Shown here: one piece after another, positions 1 to 14,638 of the stretch | Layout: every line of letters starts with the position of its first letter | Position numbering within the stretch: position 1 is the stretch's first letter | The notes under the pieces: model-generated | What the model was told of the DNA's origin: nothing | What the model saw: the letters and a program-made list of their open reading frames with translations, nothing else | Database searches by the model: none | Assembly: GCA_951406725.2 (NCBI GenBank) | Contig: OX597819.1 | Coordinates: 53,258,001 to 53,322,000, forward strand | Reading direction: 5' to 3' | DNA: 64,000 nt | Source: Octopus vulgaris | Lineage: Eukaryota | Position numbers and translations under genes: made by a program

Positions 1-919
1 ATAACTGGTCTTGTACTAAAATATGAAAGAAGTATTATTATAATAATTGTCTATTGCTGAAGAGAGAAGGAAGTTCTGAGCTAATAGTATCTACTTCCTG
101 TACAAACATTCAAGTTGGAACCACTCAGCCAAAGGGAAAGGCATCACAATTTTCACACACTCTTCTGTTTAAATCTCTTGTTATATATCTATATGACATA
201 GTATATCCTCATTAGATATATATCCTTAAACTCAGTCCTTCCTTTTACCTATAATTTACAGCATCTTCTCCCTGCCAGACACACACACACACACACACAT
301 ATATATTCTCACAACAGATGTTTTCATTAGTAAGAAGACTTCAATAAGAACAACAAGTTTACTGTGAGGAAGTGAAAACAATTATTTCCTAGCATCATAA
401 CAAAAGAGAATTCCATTGTATGCTTCATTGAAAAGTTGTCAGAAATGGTAAATAACTAAACTAACTGCTTTACAATACTCAGACCTCCACCTCCATGTTC
501 TGAGATCAAATCCCAACAAGGTCCATATTTTGCTTTTCATCTCTTCATGGTTGATAAAATGAGTGCTAATATCCTTTAGATTACTGCATTCCATTATGGC
601 ACTTCACATCATGATGGTGGTGGTGGTGGAGGAGATGGTGGTGATGATGATGATGGTGGTAGTGGTGGAGGAGATGGTGGTGATAATAATGATGGTGACA
701 ATGACTGTTTCTGACAAAGGTGAATGTCAAGAAATTTGTCAGGCAGAGGAAAGTCAATTAATTTGACTGGTACTTCATAATGACTCCGGAGAGATGAAAG
801 TCAAAATTGACTGAGCAGGATTTGAACTCAAAACTAAATGTTAAAAGATATTTTTCTTGATACTCACAATTCTGTTAATCCAACACTCCCAAAATAGTAA
901 AACTAGTTAAAATAATAAT

Positions 920-1120
920 GATTTCAAATTTTGGGACAAGGCCAGCAATTTCAAGAGATGGAGTGGAGTAAGTCAATTACATCAACTGGTATATCAAGCC
1001 TGAAAGGATGACGAGCAAAGTCAACTTCAACAGAATTTGAACTCAGAATGTAAAGGCAGATGAAATGCCAATAAGCGATTTGCCTGGCATGCCAATGTTT
1101 CTACCAGCTTGCTGCCTTAA
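920..1120 (-). mobile_element. SINE family B copy (conserved central motif gtcaactttgcctttcatcctttc...gataaa..agtaccag, MetaSINE/Sauria-like)
   Basis: Reverse complement matches the best copy at 48739-48948; partial relatives lie at ~490-570 (+) and ~700-870 (-). Confidence 0.75.
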
Positions 1121-1194
1121 TAGTAGTAATGATAATAAAATAAAACAACCCCAGTTTTAAAGGGAGGGGGTTAGTCAATAACATCAATCCCAGC

Positions 1195-1891
1195 TTTGAA
1201 GCCAGTATGCATGTTCGACAGAGTGTAAGCATCTTGAGAGAACAGTTAGGCATAAGAGGGATCAGATATGGTGTGCAAGAGAGACAACTGTGCTGGTATA
1301 GTCATGTGATGCATATGGACAAGGACAGCTATGTAAAGAAGTGCCAATTTCTAACTGTGGAGGGAACCTGTGGTAGAGGTAGACCTACGAAGAAACGGGA
1401 CGAGGCGGTGAAGCATGATCTTTGAACCCCACAAAGGCAATGACTAGTGACAGAGACCTTTGGCAATGTTCTGTGCTTGAGAGAACCCGTCAAGCCAAGT
1501 GCATCCATACTGGTGGCACATAAAGAACATCTTTTGAACATTGGACCTCACAGAGGCAAAGTGGCTGAGTTCCTTTCAAATTTTGGTCCTCACAGCGGCA
1601 ACAACAAAGACCTCTGGCATTATATAATCCTTGAGAAGAAGACCCATTAAACCGAGCATAATCGCAGTCATGGCAGATACTGGTGTCCTACAAATTGGGA
1701 CCCATGATGGCTGTATGTAAACGCACCCATTACACTCTCGGAGTGGTTGGCGTTAGGAAGGGCATTCAGCCATAGAAAACCATGCCAAATCAGACTGGAG
1801 TCTGGTGCAGCCTTCCAGTGTTCCAGCTCAGTCAAACTATCTAACCCATATCAGCATGGATATCAGACATATGATGATGGGGATGATGATG
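1195..1891 (+). mobile_element. 5'-truncated RTE-clade LINE: decayed ORF C-terminus, 3' UTR and (GAT)n tail
   Basis: ORF 1207-1425 reads LREQLGIRGI..QERQLCWYSHVMHMDKDSYVKKC..VEGTCGRGRP..EAVKHDL, the typical RTE post-RT motif (RxRWxGHVxRM...GxRxRGRP...VxxDL). It is followed by a DRDLW remnant, the ggagtggttggcgttaggaagggc 3' block and a gatgatgat tail. Confidence 0.85.
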
Positions 1892-2132
1892 ATATGTGAA
1901 TGATAATTCCCTTCATAGCTGGTAATATGAGCTTCTTATTCTTCTGCATTCATCCAAGTGGCAAAGAAATTCTGCCACTGTGACTTGAACAAATGAATAT
2001 ACTTGCATATGGTGGATGCATGTTTGTATTCTTTTAGTGGTCTCAATCATTAGACTGTGGCTATGCTAGAACCACTTACTTGAGTGGTGTTATTCCGTTC
2101 AACACAACCACCACCAAGCACTTTGAATGATT

Positions 2133-2300
2133 TTAACCTTTTAGCATTCAGATTACTCTGTCAGCTGTAATGCTTATGTATTCACATAGTTTAGAATAAC
2201 ATTGTAGAGTAGGTGTGAGAGGCCAAATGTGGCTGGTTTGAACATAAAACTGGTTGAATATTTGGACCAGATATGGTTGATTTAATCATGAACGGGTTAA
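2133..2300. mobile_element. piggyBac-like MITE (family E), decayed
   Basis: Ends TTAA-CCTTTTAGCATT ... CGGG-TTAA; internal sequence shared with 41610-41838 and 51901-52490. Confidence 0.7.
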
Positions 2301-2899
2301 AGTGTCCACCCTGTTGAAAGCACTCAGACCAGATCTCTTTCCTTCTCTTCCACCATTCTTAAAAGACCTAGTCAAGCATCATGGGCAGTGCCTACTCTGC
2401 TGACAAAAGGATAAGAAATGAAATAAAAACCACACATTAGATTTAATACACATACAACACACTTAACTTCCAGACACATTGTGTTTGTGTCAGTCAGATG
2501 CAGAGAGAATTAATTCTATGATCACCTGGTGTCTTTCTTTCGCAAAACAGCAAAGAGAGTAGCAGATATGAGCTTATACAACCCATAGTAAGGAAAGTGT
2601 TAATATGGTAGTAGCCAAAACATCACGAACACATGTGTACAAATTACAACACAAATAAATTTGCAAGCGTGCTCAAATCACCATATGTAAGGATTTAAAA
2701 AGCTTAAAAAAAAAAATTTTTTTTTTTTTTTTTTAGAAAATGCTGCTCTATGAGGATGAAATTATGTAGAAAGTGTGAAGGTCTGATGCTGTTGTTTATA
2801 TTTATAAAGTTTGGTGTTTTTCTGTTTTTCACTCTATACTTGTGTGAGTGATTGTGATATGAGTGTATGCTTGTGTATGCATGCAAGTGCATGTACATA

Positions 2900-3210
2900 T
2901 GTGTGTTTAGGAAGGGGAACAGTAAATGATGTCAAAAGTGAATTTGAGAGAGAAAAATGGAGGTGGCTATTAAAAAAAAAAAGCCATGTTTGAAAGGGTA
3001 TGTTATAGAATTTTAGAATTACATGGATGTGGAAAAGGTATTTCAAAAAGAAGATGGGAGAGTGATAGATAGAGAGGGGTATATAAATATGAGAAATTAG
3101 GGAGAGTGGGAAATAGAAAATTATAAAAAGATGAAAGAGACTATGAAATAGAGAAAGAGATGGTAATGAAAATATGGGGAAAAAAAGTTGGTGGTAATGT
3201 TGGATATGGG

Positions 3211-3293
<83 letters not shown>

Positions 3294-3831
3294 GTATTGG
3301 AACAGAGAGGTGAATAGAAATAGAAAGATGAGATTGGAGAGGCAGATACAGGATAAGCAGAAAGGACAACAACAACAAAGAGAAAGGTAAAGAGAGAAAG
3401 ATTCAGAGATAGGTAGAGAAATGGAGAGACTATAACAGTATACACAGTTAGGTGATACACAAAGTGGTTGAGAGACAGAAAGACTCTCACAGAGGTAATA
3501 ATAGATATTAGAATAGAGCTAGAGAGATACCAACAGACAGAAACTGAGTAACACAAAGGTGAGTGCGTGTGTGTGTGTGTGTGTGCGTGTGTAGACAGAG
3601 TGATTGAGAAAGATAAAAATACATAAGATTATAGATTTCCATTCATAATGATCAAGAAGGATAGGTATGAATAAATGGATAGACACACCTAGAGATGAAA
3701 ATGCATTGAGAGTATCATGAAGGAGGAGGAGGAGGCAGAGAGAGAGATAACTACAATAATAGGGATCCAAGGAAGAAGAAATATGAAATGGAAAATGGAA
3801 AGAAAAAAAAAAGAATGAAAAATGGTAAAGA

Positions 3832-3896
<65 letters not shown>

Positions 3897-4500
3897 AAAA
3901 TAGTGGGTGGAGCAAAGAGATATAAGTTAGTACATAGAAATATGAGAATGAACTGAAAGAGGATTTGTGAAGAAGAGCAAAGCAGTAGCAATAACAATCC
4001 ATTTGAAGAAAGTAAAGGTGCAGAGAACAAGATAGGAAATACTATGGGAAAGAGAAGAGCTGTAAGGTGTGGGTGATATGGATAACATGAAAGAGAGAAA
4101 GAAGGTGGGGTACAAGAGACAGAAGTAAGAAAAATCGAAGAGAATAGCAAAGGAAATAGAGGAGGAAATATCAGAATATGAAAGGAAAATGATTAGAGGA
4201 AAGATGAATAGTAAAGGGGAAAAAACAAAATGGATACTCAAGACAATGTGAAAGATACGATGATGATGATGATGACGATGATGGGACTGAGGCAAGTGGG
4301 GGGAGCGCAAGTTGGAAACTGGTGTAAGCTATTTCAGTTTTAATACTTAAGAAATGTAGGTGAGAGAGAGAGAGAGAGCAAGAAAGAAGGGAAGAGAGAG
4401 GCCAGAAAATGATGGTTATAGGTAAACATATTTGGATATTGAAGGTGACAAGGAGAAGAAAAATGGTCCTTTTAATAAAGGTGAGATAGATGTAAATCAA
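2900..4500. repeat. Purine-rich low-complexity region with (GA)n, (TA)n, (GT)n and (GAT)n microsatellites
   Basis: Direct inspection: (GA)n 3213-3290, (TA)n 3832-3892. Confidence 0.9.
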
Positions 4501-5245
4501 AGACACAAACCTAACCATTGACCTAAGTACTTAACTTGCTACTTATACACATGTTTATGTACAAAAATAGCCAGTTTTCTCAGTGTTTAAGAGCAATAAG
4601 AGATAGTGCTTGGTTGAAGATAGCAATGTTAGAAAAAGAGGCCATTCTAGAGAACATAGGTAGCTGAAACTTGCAGCTTTTTTTCCTGACTTCAGAAGGA
4701 AAGAACTAGAAATTGGAATGATATGTTATGGAGAAGATTTTTATTTATGTTTTTTGTTTTTACTGAATGAATGAAAAAAAAAATAAGCCATTACAAATAA
4801 AACTAACAAAAATAAATTCTACATTTAGACATCTAAAAGCAATCAAGAAGGTTAAGAGGAAATTGAGACACTAAAAAAAACATATCAGAAAGAACATATT
4901 GTACATTAGATATACATACACACAATGTGTGTATGTGTGTGTGTGTGTGTAGTAAATGTACTGTCACAGAAGGTAAGGTTTCACCTGCAATATATAACAC
5001 TAAAAATGCTATTAAAATAACACACACATATTGACCAAATAAAACACGGCAAAAAAAAAGTAATAATACAAATAACTAATGCAATATGTCACTTTCAATA
5101 TAAATATTGTAAACTTCATGCAGACAGATGTTATATATGTCACACTAGTGCTAAACTGTCCATGCAAACTAACTACGCATCTACAGCAATGCATTATGTA
5201 ATGGCACTTAAAATACTCATTACTAAACAAACTAGAAACATTCAC

Positions 5246-5308
5246 CCAACCAAGGGAAGTAATACTAGCGTTACAAAGTACTCCCACAACTTTCATATAC
5301 AAAGAAGT
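5246..5308 (-). other. Candidate 63-nt cassette exon (TSLYMKVVGVLCNASITSLGW)
   Basis: Minus strand ccattttcacag|...tgg|gtgaat; only phase 0 is open. No homology support. Confidence 0.15.
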
Positions 5309-5499
5309 CTGTGAAAATGGATTAAGATTTTTCTATTCACACTACTCATCACCACAACCTTTAACCCTTTCATTACCAGATTTCTGTTTTCTTTTATAAA
5401 ACACATGGGTCATAAGTTTCAACACTTTCTGAAAATAGTCAAGAATTCTGAGTTTGTAACATAGCTAAACTTTCATTATTAAGATGATACGAGATGACG

Positions 5500-5680
5500 G
5501 TGAGCCGGAAGACAAAATGCTTTGTGATATTTCTACCAGTTCTTTAGCTTCAGAATTCAAATTATGCCAAGTTTTGTGGGGTTGATAAAATAAAGTGCCA
5601 ATTCAGTACTGGGGGCAATGTAATCAACTTACGTCTCCCTACAAAATTACTGGCCTTGTGTCAAAATTTGAATCCATTAT
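5500..5680 (+). mobile_element. SINE family B, decayed
   Basis: Similar to 48739-48948. Confidence 0.65.
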
Positions 5681-7189
5681 TAAGATGGTGTTGGGGAACA
5701 AAACATAAAACTTTCTTATGCAAAATTTTTGTGGAAATTTTAAATTTAAATGTGAAGCCTATAAAATAAGATATTCTGTGTGATAAAACCAAAGGTGATC
5801 TTAAACAGGCTGATATCAAAAACAAACAAGCAAAATGGCTGAAATACTAAAATTTAATACCAGCCCAACAAAAGATCATCTATATTATTTCATAACCAGC
5901 AAGAAATAGCAGGCAAGGTCCCTTGAAATCATATCAAACCATCTTAGAAAATAGAGGACACATTACACAAAAGGACAGGGTGGTTAAATGTGGAGTGCCT
6001 CTGATCATAGGTTTACTCACAGCTGACTTCCAGTTAAACAACTAAGACTTAATACACTCATCCACACTTTAAACAAAATAGCAAATTACATACACATACA
6101 CACACAACATCCATTAATATATTGTAATGACAGATTCATAACCCTGAAACATTCCATAAACTGGATCTTGTAAAGATGAAGACTTTCTAAACAAGCTAAG
6201 AATATCAGCATAAATGGAAACATGAAAAATAGACTGGAAAAAATCAGAATTGTGTTTCTGTTAACTATACAAGAAAGAAAAGTTGTTTCTCAAAGATACA
6301 CCAGAAGACATATTCCATTTTTCTTAAGGTTATACACCTACATTGCAATGTAGATTTAGACAAATAGTATTTCATATATGAACTGAATATACGAATTACT
6401 ATATATAACCACAGAAACAGAAGACTGAAAAAATTCATTTTTAAAGTATATGTTTAGTCTAAAATATAAAGTATATGTTTAGTTTAAAAATGAACATACA
6501 CTTCTTGTTCACTCACACACACACACAAGAGTTTTATTCAGTTAATAGTTGCATTATCAAACTGCTATCATACTGTGGCAACATCTTCAAGCATTTTAGT
6601 CAATTATTGAGATCCCAGTCAGTGCTAACTCAAGTACTTGTCTAATCCATCTGGACATAACCCAATGCCACAAAGATTCTTCAGTTCATATACTGATTTT
6701 TACCCCAACACATATAGCCCCCAAAACACGTGTGTCACAAGCTTCCGCACCATTTCCATCAACAAAATTTAATTTACAAAGAATTGGTCAACCTGCAGAT
6801 AATGTTAATCCTATAGAAGATATCTGCCCATAATGTAACATCAAACTTGGAAACATGGCTGAAAAGCAAAAATTTAAACTGCACAGCTATGCCTGCATGT
6901 TTGTGTGTTTATGTACACTCAATCAAATGAGAGAGAAAGAGAGAGAGAGAGTGTGTGTGTGTGCGTAAATAAAGATATATATATATACAGGTTTGTTCAT
7001 TCATTCCTTAAATGTCCATTTTTCCATGCTACCACAGGCTGAAAAGACAGTATTTTATAGCCAGATGCCCTTCTAGTCATCGACTGTCACCTGTTCTTAA
7101 AGTAAGAGATAGAGTACTCCACCAGTCTTCAAAACTGCAGAATGACAGTTAAAATGACAACAAAGAACATAAATAAACCTATCACCAAC

Positions 7190-7420
7190 TTGCTTAGAGA
7201 CTGACAAGTGAATTCACAAAATGTCGGCGTTTGCTCTCACACAAACACACACAAATGTTTATATTTGTGATAAGCTTCCATACAGTTTCCATCTACCAGT
7301 TCTATTTATGAGGCATTGGTTGACCCAGGGCTATCATGGAAGACACTAGCCAAAGTACCACACATGGGACTGAACCTGAAATCACATGGTTGCAAAGTGA
7401 ATTTCTTAACCACATAGCCA
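7190..7420 (-). mobile_element. SINE family A, partial
   Basis: Reverse complement of the tRNA-like head and core seen at 41884-42265. Confidence 0.7.
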
Positions 7421-9310
7421 GCTTCCCTGTGTGTTTACACACACGCACACAAAGTTGTGCATATACATACATACATATATATATATGTATGTATGCCTGC
7501 ATGTATATATATATATGTGTGTGTTTCTATGCATGTGTACAACTGTATATTTGCATATGTGTACACACATGCGCGCACACCTATTGAAAATTTTCTGACT
7601 GCAAGAAAGTTAAGAAGGAACGCAAGAGTAGAACAGCAACCAAAAAAAAAAAAAAAAAAAAAAAATTAAAATAAAGAAAAATCACACAGAGGAAAGAATG
7701 AAAAAAGATATGAATTATAAAAATAACATATGGTAAGTTGACTGTAGATTAGCCCGAGGAAACAAAGAATAATGGCGACTGTTCTTTTACAGCGATGCTT
7801 TAATGTAATAAAGAAAATCTGTAAGAAAGTTAACAACAGTATAAATGGTATCTACACACACACATACATACATACACAAACTCATGCATAGGCATACACA
7901 TAAATATGCACGGATGAACAAGCATCAAAATCAAAATACATCTTTATGTTAAAATTGCTATTTTTTCCTCCTTTTGTTTTGCTTTTTCTTTTATTTGGCT
8001 TGAAGTTTTCTTTCTTTCTTTCACTATTTCTCTCCCCCTCCCTCTCTCTGAATATATACATATATATATATATACACACACACACATATAAACATGTATA
8101 GACACACCTCTCTACTCTCCCTATAGATACCAAACTAGTGTGATGTGACAGTATGGAAGTGTAATATTGGAAATAGTGGTGGTTTATGGGTATGTTTGGA
8201 GCTTTCTCTTGCTGCAATTGCCTTGCAGCATGATCAGTAAAAATCATATAGGACCAACCAGTTGCAAAAAATAGAAGAAAAAGAATTAAAAATAACACGA
8301 CAACAAATCTTTCATGCAAACAAACTATCTACACACACACACACACAAACTTACATATGCACATACATATTCCAATATATGTCATACATACAGATGATAG
8401 ATAGATGGATGGATAGATAGATAGATAGATGATTAGATGATAGATATATAGATAGATGGATGAATGGATGGATGGACGGACGGACGGACGGATGAATGGA
8501 CACACAGACAGACAAATAAAAAGAAAAATAGATAGATAGAAACAAACTGAAATGTTTGCATTTGAGACAATAGATTACATGTGATAATGGAGAGTATCAT
8601 GTGATATAGTTATGACTATAGTCTCTGATAAATAAATGCAATTAGTACACAAGAACATGAGAGATGCCTGATCATAACGAAGAAAAGCAGTTCTTAGATA
8701 TGGATAAATTCATTTGAACATGTACAAGACACCAGGAACAGCTACAACACGATGTATGACATGAGTGCAAGGATGTCTAACTTGGACAGATTGCATGAAG
8801 GAGTCTGCTATCCTATCTTTGTTTAGACGCCATCATTAAAACCATGATAATGGTAGGAAGCCAATGACAATATGATGAACAAATATAATGATGATATGTG
8901 ATGTAATGGTGACACTATGATGGTGATGACGATGTCAATGACAATGATCAAGGCATTAACAAAGGCTATTACCAATGAAAGTGACATGCTTTCAATTAGG
9001 AAATGAAATGATTGTGTATTCATCGGTCTCGGAATTTACCATAAATCATCATAGAAGTTCTCATCATCTCTGAGATGGAACAATAGTGTCAACATGATGA
9101 ATTCCCAGACACCAGCTATGTGTACAATGTATAGAAAATTGGCTTTGCTGGAACACAACAAATATAATAGATAACGGTAATTGATGATTTTAGCCAATAC
9201 CAAGTTAAGTTCAAATGTGGAATATAAGGACGGTGACATAGACTTTGGGTACACCAACAAATTATAAATAAAGTATGTATGTGTGCGTGCATCTATGTAT
9301 AGATATAGAT

Positions 9311-9562
9311 ATCATCATCATCATCATTTAACGTCCATTTTCCATATTAGCATGAGTTTGATGGTTTGGCTGAGGTCTAGAAAGCCAGCGGCTGCACCAG
9401 GCTCCAATCTGATCTGGCCATGTTTCTACAACTGGATGCTCTTCCTAACGCCAACCACTCCAAGTGTACTGAGTGCTTTTTACATGCCACTGGCACAGGA
9501 GCCAGTCAGGCGGACTTGGCATCGATTCCGTTCAGAAGATGCTTTTTATGTGCCACCAGCAC
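9311..9562 (-). mobile_element. RTE 3'-end fragment (family C)
   Basis: (CAT)n-ttaacgtcc...ttcctaacgccaaccactc..gtgccacc is the reverse of the 3' block at 26490-26653. Confidence 0.8.
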
Positions 9563-9589
9563 GATATATATATACATACATGAGCACCC

Positions 9590-9950
9590 ACCCCCCCTCT
9601 AATGGATGGTACTGAGTTGTCAAACATTTAAACCAAATTTTCTCAAAACAACTTGTCCGACCATGCCATAAGCTTCCCCTTTGAGAAACACTGATTTAAC
9701 CTAAATTTGGGACACCAGCAAAAAAAGAAATAAAGATAGACTTTTTTTCTATTCCAAGAAAGACGGTTTTACAAATGCACGTTCCCACGGCTTTATCAAT
9801 TGCATTCTCACCGGGAATCGATTTTTGGAATTTTTTCAAGACTTATATCATCGGTATCAACATATCAAATTTGAGTGCAATCGGATGGAAGATGCCCGAG
9901 ATCCTAGAAGATACACATACAAACAGACAGAACGGATTTTTATATAATAT
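9590..9950 (+). mobile_element. Probable non-autonomous Helitron-like element fragment
   Basis: CpG-rich segment ending aaatttgagtgcaatcggatg...acaaacagacagaacggatttttatataatat before (TA)n. This architecture resembles Lep1-type non-autonomous Helitrons (recognition only). Confidence 0.4.
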
Positions 9951-12900
9951 ATATATATATATATATACATATACACACACATACATATATATACACACAC
10001 ACATGCACAACACACACACAGGCCACATCAACAGCAGTAGTAGTAGTTCCTAATTTTGGCACAAGGCCAGCAATTTTGAAGAGAGGAGAAAGTTGATTAC
10101 ATTAACCCTGGTACTTTATTTTATCAATCCCAAAAGGAGAGAATGCAAACAATACTGAGTTACCTTCTACATGAATAAAAAATGGAATGGTCAAAACTGG
10201 AAATAATATCAATCAAGGCTCACATCAGCCAAAACAACAAAAATACATCTACAGTTTTATTAAACATTTACTTTAGAAAAGGTGGATACATTTATTTTAT
10301 GAGTGATAGAACATGTGGTGATTGAGAAACTTCTGTAAAGTTTCCATTTCAGTACACTTCAGATGAATCAATATAGATCAATTACTAACCTTAAGATATA
10401 GTGTATGGGGGAAGAGGGAGAAGTTGAAGAGAGAATGGTAAAAGAGGAAAATATGAACCAAGAACAAAGGTCCAACCAGAATTGACCTAGTCTTGACTCC
10501 ACTTTAACTGGTTAGAGGCAACAAGAGCTGTATCAAAACTAGCATTTCCCAACCATTTTGGAAAGCTTGCTACAAGAAATACAGATATCTACTTTCTCTG
10601 AGAATCCCACGCTTACTGTCAGACTGTGCAGCAGAAACTTTTATATTGAGAGAAATTATAATAACCTCCCAAATAAATACACATACAGAGAGAGAGAGAG
10701 AGTCACCAACTGTACCAATATAGGCAGTTGGACACCTTGCTTTTCATCCTCCTAGGGTTCATGAAATAAAGAATCAGTTAAATGTTGGGGCTAATCTTAA
10801 ACATTATACATCAGCAGTCCTCAACCATTTTGTCTTCAGTACAATATTTTAGGGGGGAAATGCCAGTACATACATATGTATGTATTAATATTAATAATAA
10901 TAAAGAGTATGGAGATTTGTACATCCATACTCTTTATTATTATCAATATACACTCCAGACAATTTTTACTGTCCAGCAAAGAGAACACAGAATTATCTAT
11001 CTGAAGAATTCATGGAGAGATGAACAACTAAATGTAGTCATAGATGTTAGACACTGATTGATATGGTTAGCTGTTAACTAGAACTTAACTGAGAGCTAAT
11101 ATATTATCCACCCAGATAATATATCCCTCCAAACTCACTTTTACACACATACACACATATATGAGAGAGAGAGAGAAATCAATAACAAACAATGAATTCA
11201 AATATAAAAAAAAAAACCAACAACAGTCTAAGGGATGTTCACAGTGAATATCGTTAGTTTGATGCTCAAAGAAAGAAGTTGTAAAGTGAAAGTTAAGAGT
11301 AAAGTTATGACATTTCAAACATAGCCATACACTGGATATACAGAAAAATGTCCAGAGAAGGGAAGGAAGGAAGGAAGGAGGGGAAAAGATAGGAACAGAG
11401 AACCAGGGGGTAAAAATTAAAATAAAAAAAAAAAAAAAGCACCTGCATAACTCACATATTCAATCACTAGTCCATCTGGCTAATATTTTGGAATACATAA
11501 TTCTTGCATCATCTTAAACCCCAGATTACCTCCCTGGATTATGTTACAGTATTGGATTATCTCCAGAGTACATTGATTTTTCAACTGTGTGCATACACGC
11601 GCACGTGTGTGTGTGCTCTTTTGCAGACCCTCTAGAGGGGCAGATTAAAACTTATCCTTAGGCCAGTGGTCATGATCCAAATATTTACAAATGGGTGAAC
11701 TCCACTGAAGTCACCCAAGAGCCAGATGGTTGTGTTAAACAAGGCAGTGGATAATATAAAGATAAAAATATATGTTGTCGCCATGAAGCGGAAAGAACAA
11801 TGAATTGAAGCATATCATTATTGAAACTCAAAACACCATTATATCTGAAGGCTGCCAAGCATGAATATTTAGCTAACTGTTACAATAAAATGCTTGTACC
11901 AACATCATCAAATTCTGTAAACACATCGATCCTGATCTCTCTTAAACACACAGATACTGACAATAAAAGGTACATTTCAAAGTTTATATCTACATATACA
12001 TACATACACATATAGAAATGTACACTTATGGATATAAAGAAACTATCAATTTAAATGTAATTTCAAAAATATCAATTAAGAATAGAAAATGAACAGTTGT
12101 TTGATTATATATATATGTATGTGTGTATGTATATTCATTTATAATTACTTTCACTTCATAGCTGCTTTCTATGTAATAAAATAAATATGGAAAAACTTAA
12201 GTATTTGACCACACTATTACTATTATTATTATTAAATGAATAAAATTCATGTAAAATATTTCTACCAATTTTTCCTATAAAAGCTCATTTATAGCAGGAA
12301 ACATACATCAACCAAAAATAATGCAATTGAAAATTAAAAGAATTAGACAAGATGGGAGAGAAAAAAAATTATTGGTAATTAAAAAAATTCTTAATTATAA
12401 ACAAGATATAAAAAAATAATAATTATATGAAATAAATTTTTGAAAAGAATTGAAGAGACTAGACGAAGATTGATCTCAAATTGCCAAAATGCCAGAAGTC
12501 TAGACTTTTAATTTTTTTTATTTTTTTAATTTAGAGAGCTTTTCAAAAGCTAAGTAGTTTCTATTATAACAGTTAGAAGGTTTGATGTTTGTGTTTTAGA
12601 AAGATTGTTTTTTTTTTTTGTTTCTTCTTTCTTTTTCTCGAAATAGAAATTATGAGGAAAAAAATAATAAAAATATTAATAAAAATATCAAGTGGAATTT
12701 AAATTTAATGGATTTTGACTAATCAATATTTACCTTGCGGGAATGTTTACACAAGCAAATGATTATAACAACAACAACAACAGTTTTTCAGTAAACTATG
12801 TTTCAAAAGTTCTATGAATAACAAGAGCAATAAAATTGCTGACAAGCCCAGCTTTAATGAAATTCACATAAAACAAGAATAAAAAGCAAATTTTATTAAA

Positions 12901-14584
12901 ATATTCTTTCGAAAATGACAACAATTATAAATAAAATAAAATATAGGCTTGTTAGTATTATAACAATATTTCATTAAAATAATAATAATAATGATAAAAA
13001 CAAAAACAAAATAAAAAGAGAAGCAATAAATGACGCACATTGGCAAGAATTAGTGAGGGGAGTTTTAACACATTTGTCCACATTTCAATAAAATCTAAAA
13101 ATTCTATTTCACCATTACGAATCTCTCAAATGTCGCGAGATATAAAATATCTGAAGAAATTAAATGCTTGTAGCTTTAGCTGATAAAATAGTAAATCCAA
13201 GCAGAAGTTGATCACCACCTCTCCAACCCACTACAAGACTTTTTGTGTAAGCAATCATTGCTCCTAATCTTATAGCTGTATCCCAAGGCACAGTTTTACA
13301 CTATTAAAAGATGCCATCCATTAATGTCTACAATTACACTGGGATTGTTTGCCAAATTGTTCATAATTCCATTATTGGATGCCTTCAAGTGCAGCGTGTC
13401 GTTAATGTGAGAATATATCAAATAGATGTTTGTAAAATTCCCTGTGACAACACATGCAGCTGAACTGAATAAAAGCGGAGTTCAGAAGTACAGTAACATT
13501 TTGCAGAAATAATCTACATTGAGAGATGAATCTATTAATACAAGAATGTGATCGTATTAACATGATCGGGTGATAAACATGAAGGTAATGATGATAATTA
13601 TGTAGGGAAAGAAGGAAGAAAGGCAAGGAAAAGAGAAAGACAATGAAAAAGGTAGAGATTGTCAATGCTAGCAGCAAATCACAGGAATTCAAAGCTAAAA
13701 CCAATTCAATCCTGATGTGTCAAAGTTTAATTTAGCTTTGAGCTGAAGTACCATGGAAACCACCTTTGGCCTTCAGCTTTCACCTAGAGCCAAATGGTGT
13801 ATGATTCTAGGCTGTTTCTGACTCTATGCTTAGAAGACAGAAAGAAGAGCAGGGAGAAATGGACAAAGAGAATTTTAATTTCTTTTCTTTTTGTTCTGTT
13901 TTTAAATAATGCATTGCAGAAACCTGATCCCACAGAACCCCAGGGTGAAGGAAGAGATAAATAAATGGAATTGCTAGCTTCTACTTAAAGGTGTTTGTGG
14001 GTGTATGTATTGGTGATAAGAGGAAGTAATATGTGAATGTGTTAAGTGGCCTGTGTTTCTGTAGTAGTAACAGTTAAAAAGAGGAGGGCATGAACCATAA
14101 ATTAAAGTCGTGCTCGATGATGATTCCAGGGTATATCAACACTGATAGGGCAGTAAAATAATTCTAATGAAATGGAATAGAGACAAGGAAGACAAGACAT
14201 GAGATGCTCCCATTAATACTTTCTTGTAATATATCTTATATTTTTAGACATGCTTGAGGAATGAGTTCTACATATTCATGAATGAAACAACCAAGTTCTT
14301 GAGAAAACTTCCTAATAAATATCAAGTATAGGAGATTTTGTAATTAGTTAGATTATGGATGGTAAACTTCTAGACACTTTCCACAAAGTTAGTATGTTAG
14401 GATACTTGTAACTAAGCTTTATATTATGGTGTAAAGTACATCCTTCTATTTGGCTAAGTTTAGTTGGATGACAACAAGTAATACAACATCACTGTCAAGT
14501 AATTAAAGAGACAAACAGCATCAGTTGTAAAAATAGTAGTATAAGAGTTTGCAAATTATACACACTCTATTCATGACAAAAAGT

Positions 14585-14638
<54 letters not shown>

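Noticed and set aside
2834-4518. Hydrophobic minus-strand ORFs up to 240 aa
   Set aside because: They derive from CT-rich low-complexity DNA; no domain or exon structure.
7690-8330. Apparent tail-anchor TM peptides (KRTVAIILCFLGLIY; VVVLFLILFLLFFATGWSYMIF), and a similar one at 47130-47240, suggesting syntaxin-like ends
   Set aside because: T-rich sequence yields such peptides by chance, and no SNARE or other anchor exon is present.
8823-9260. Two adjacent minus-strand ORFs (66 and 74 aa)
   Set aside because: No recognisable family signature or consistent splice signals.
12734-12790. VVVVVIIICLCKHSRK followed by a GT donor (TM-like exon end)
   Set aside because: There is an in-frame TGA immediately upstream with no intervening AG, and the valines come from an (AAC)n repeat.
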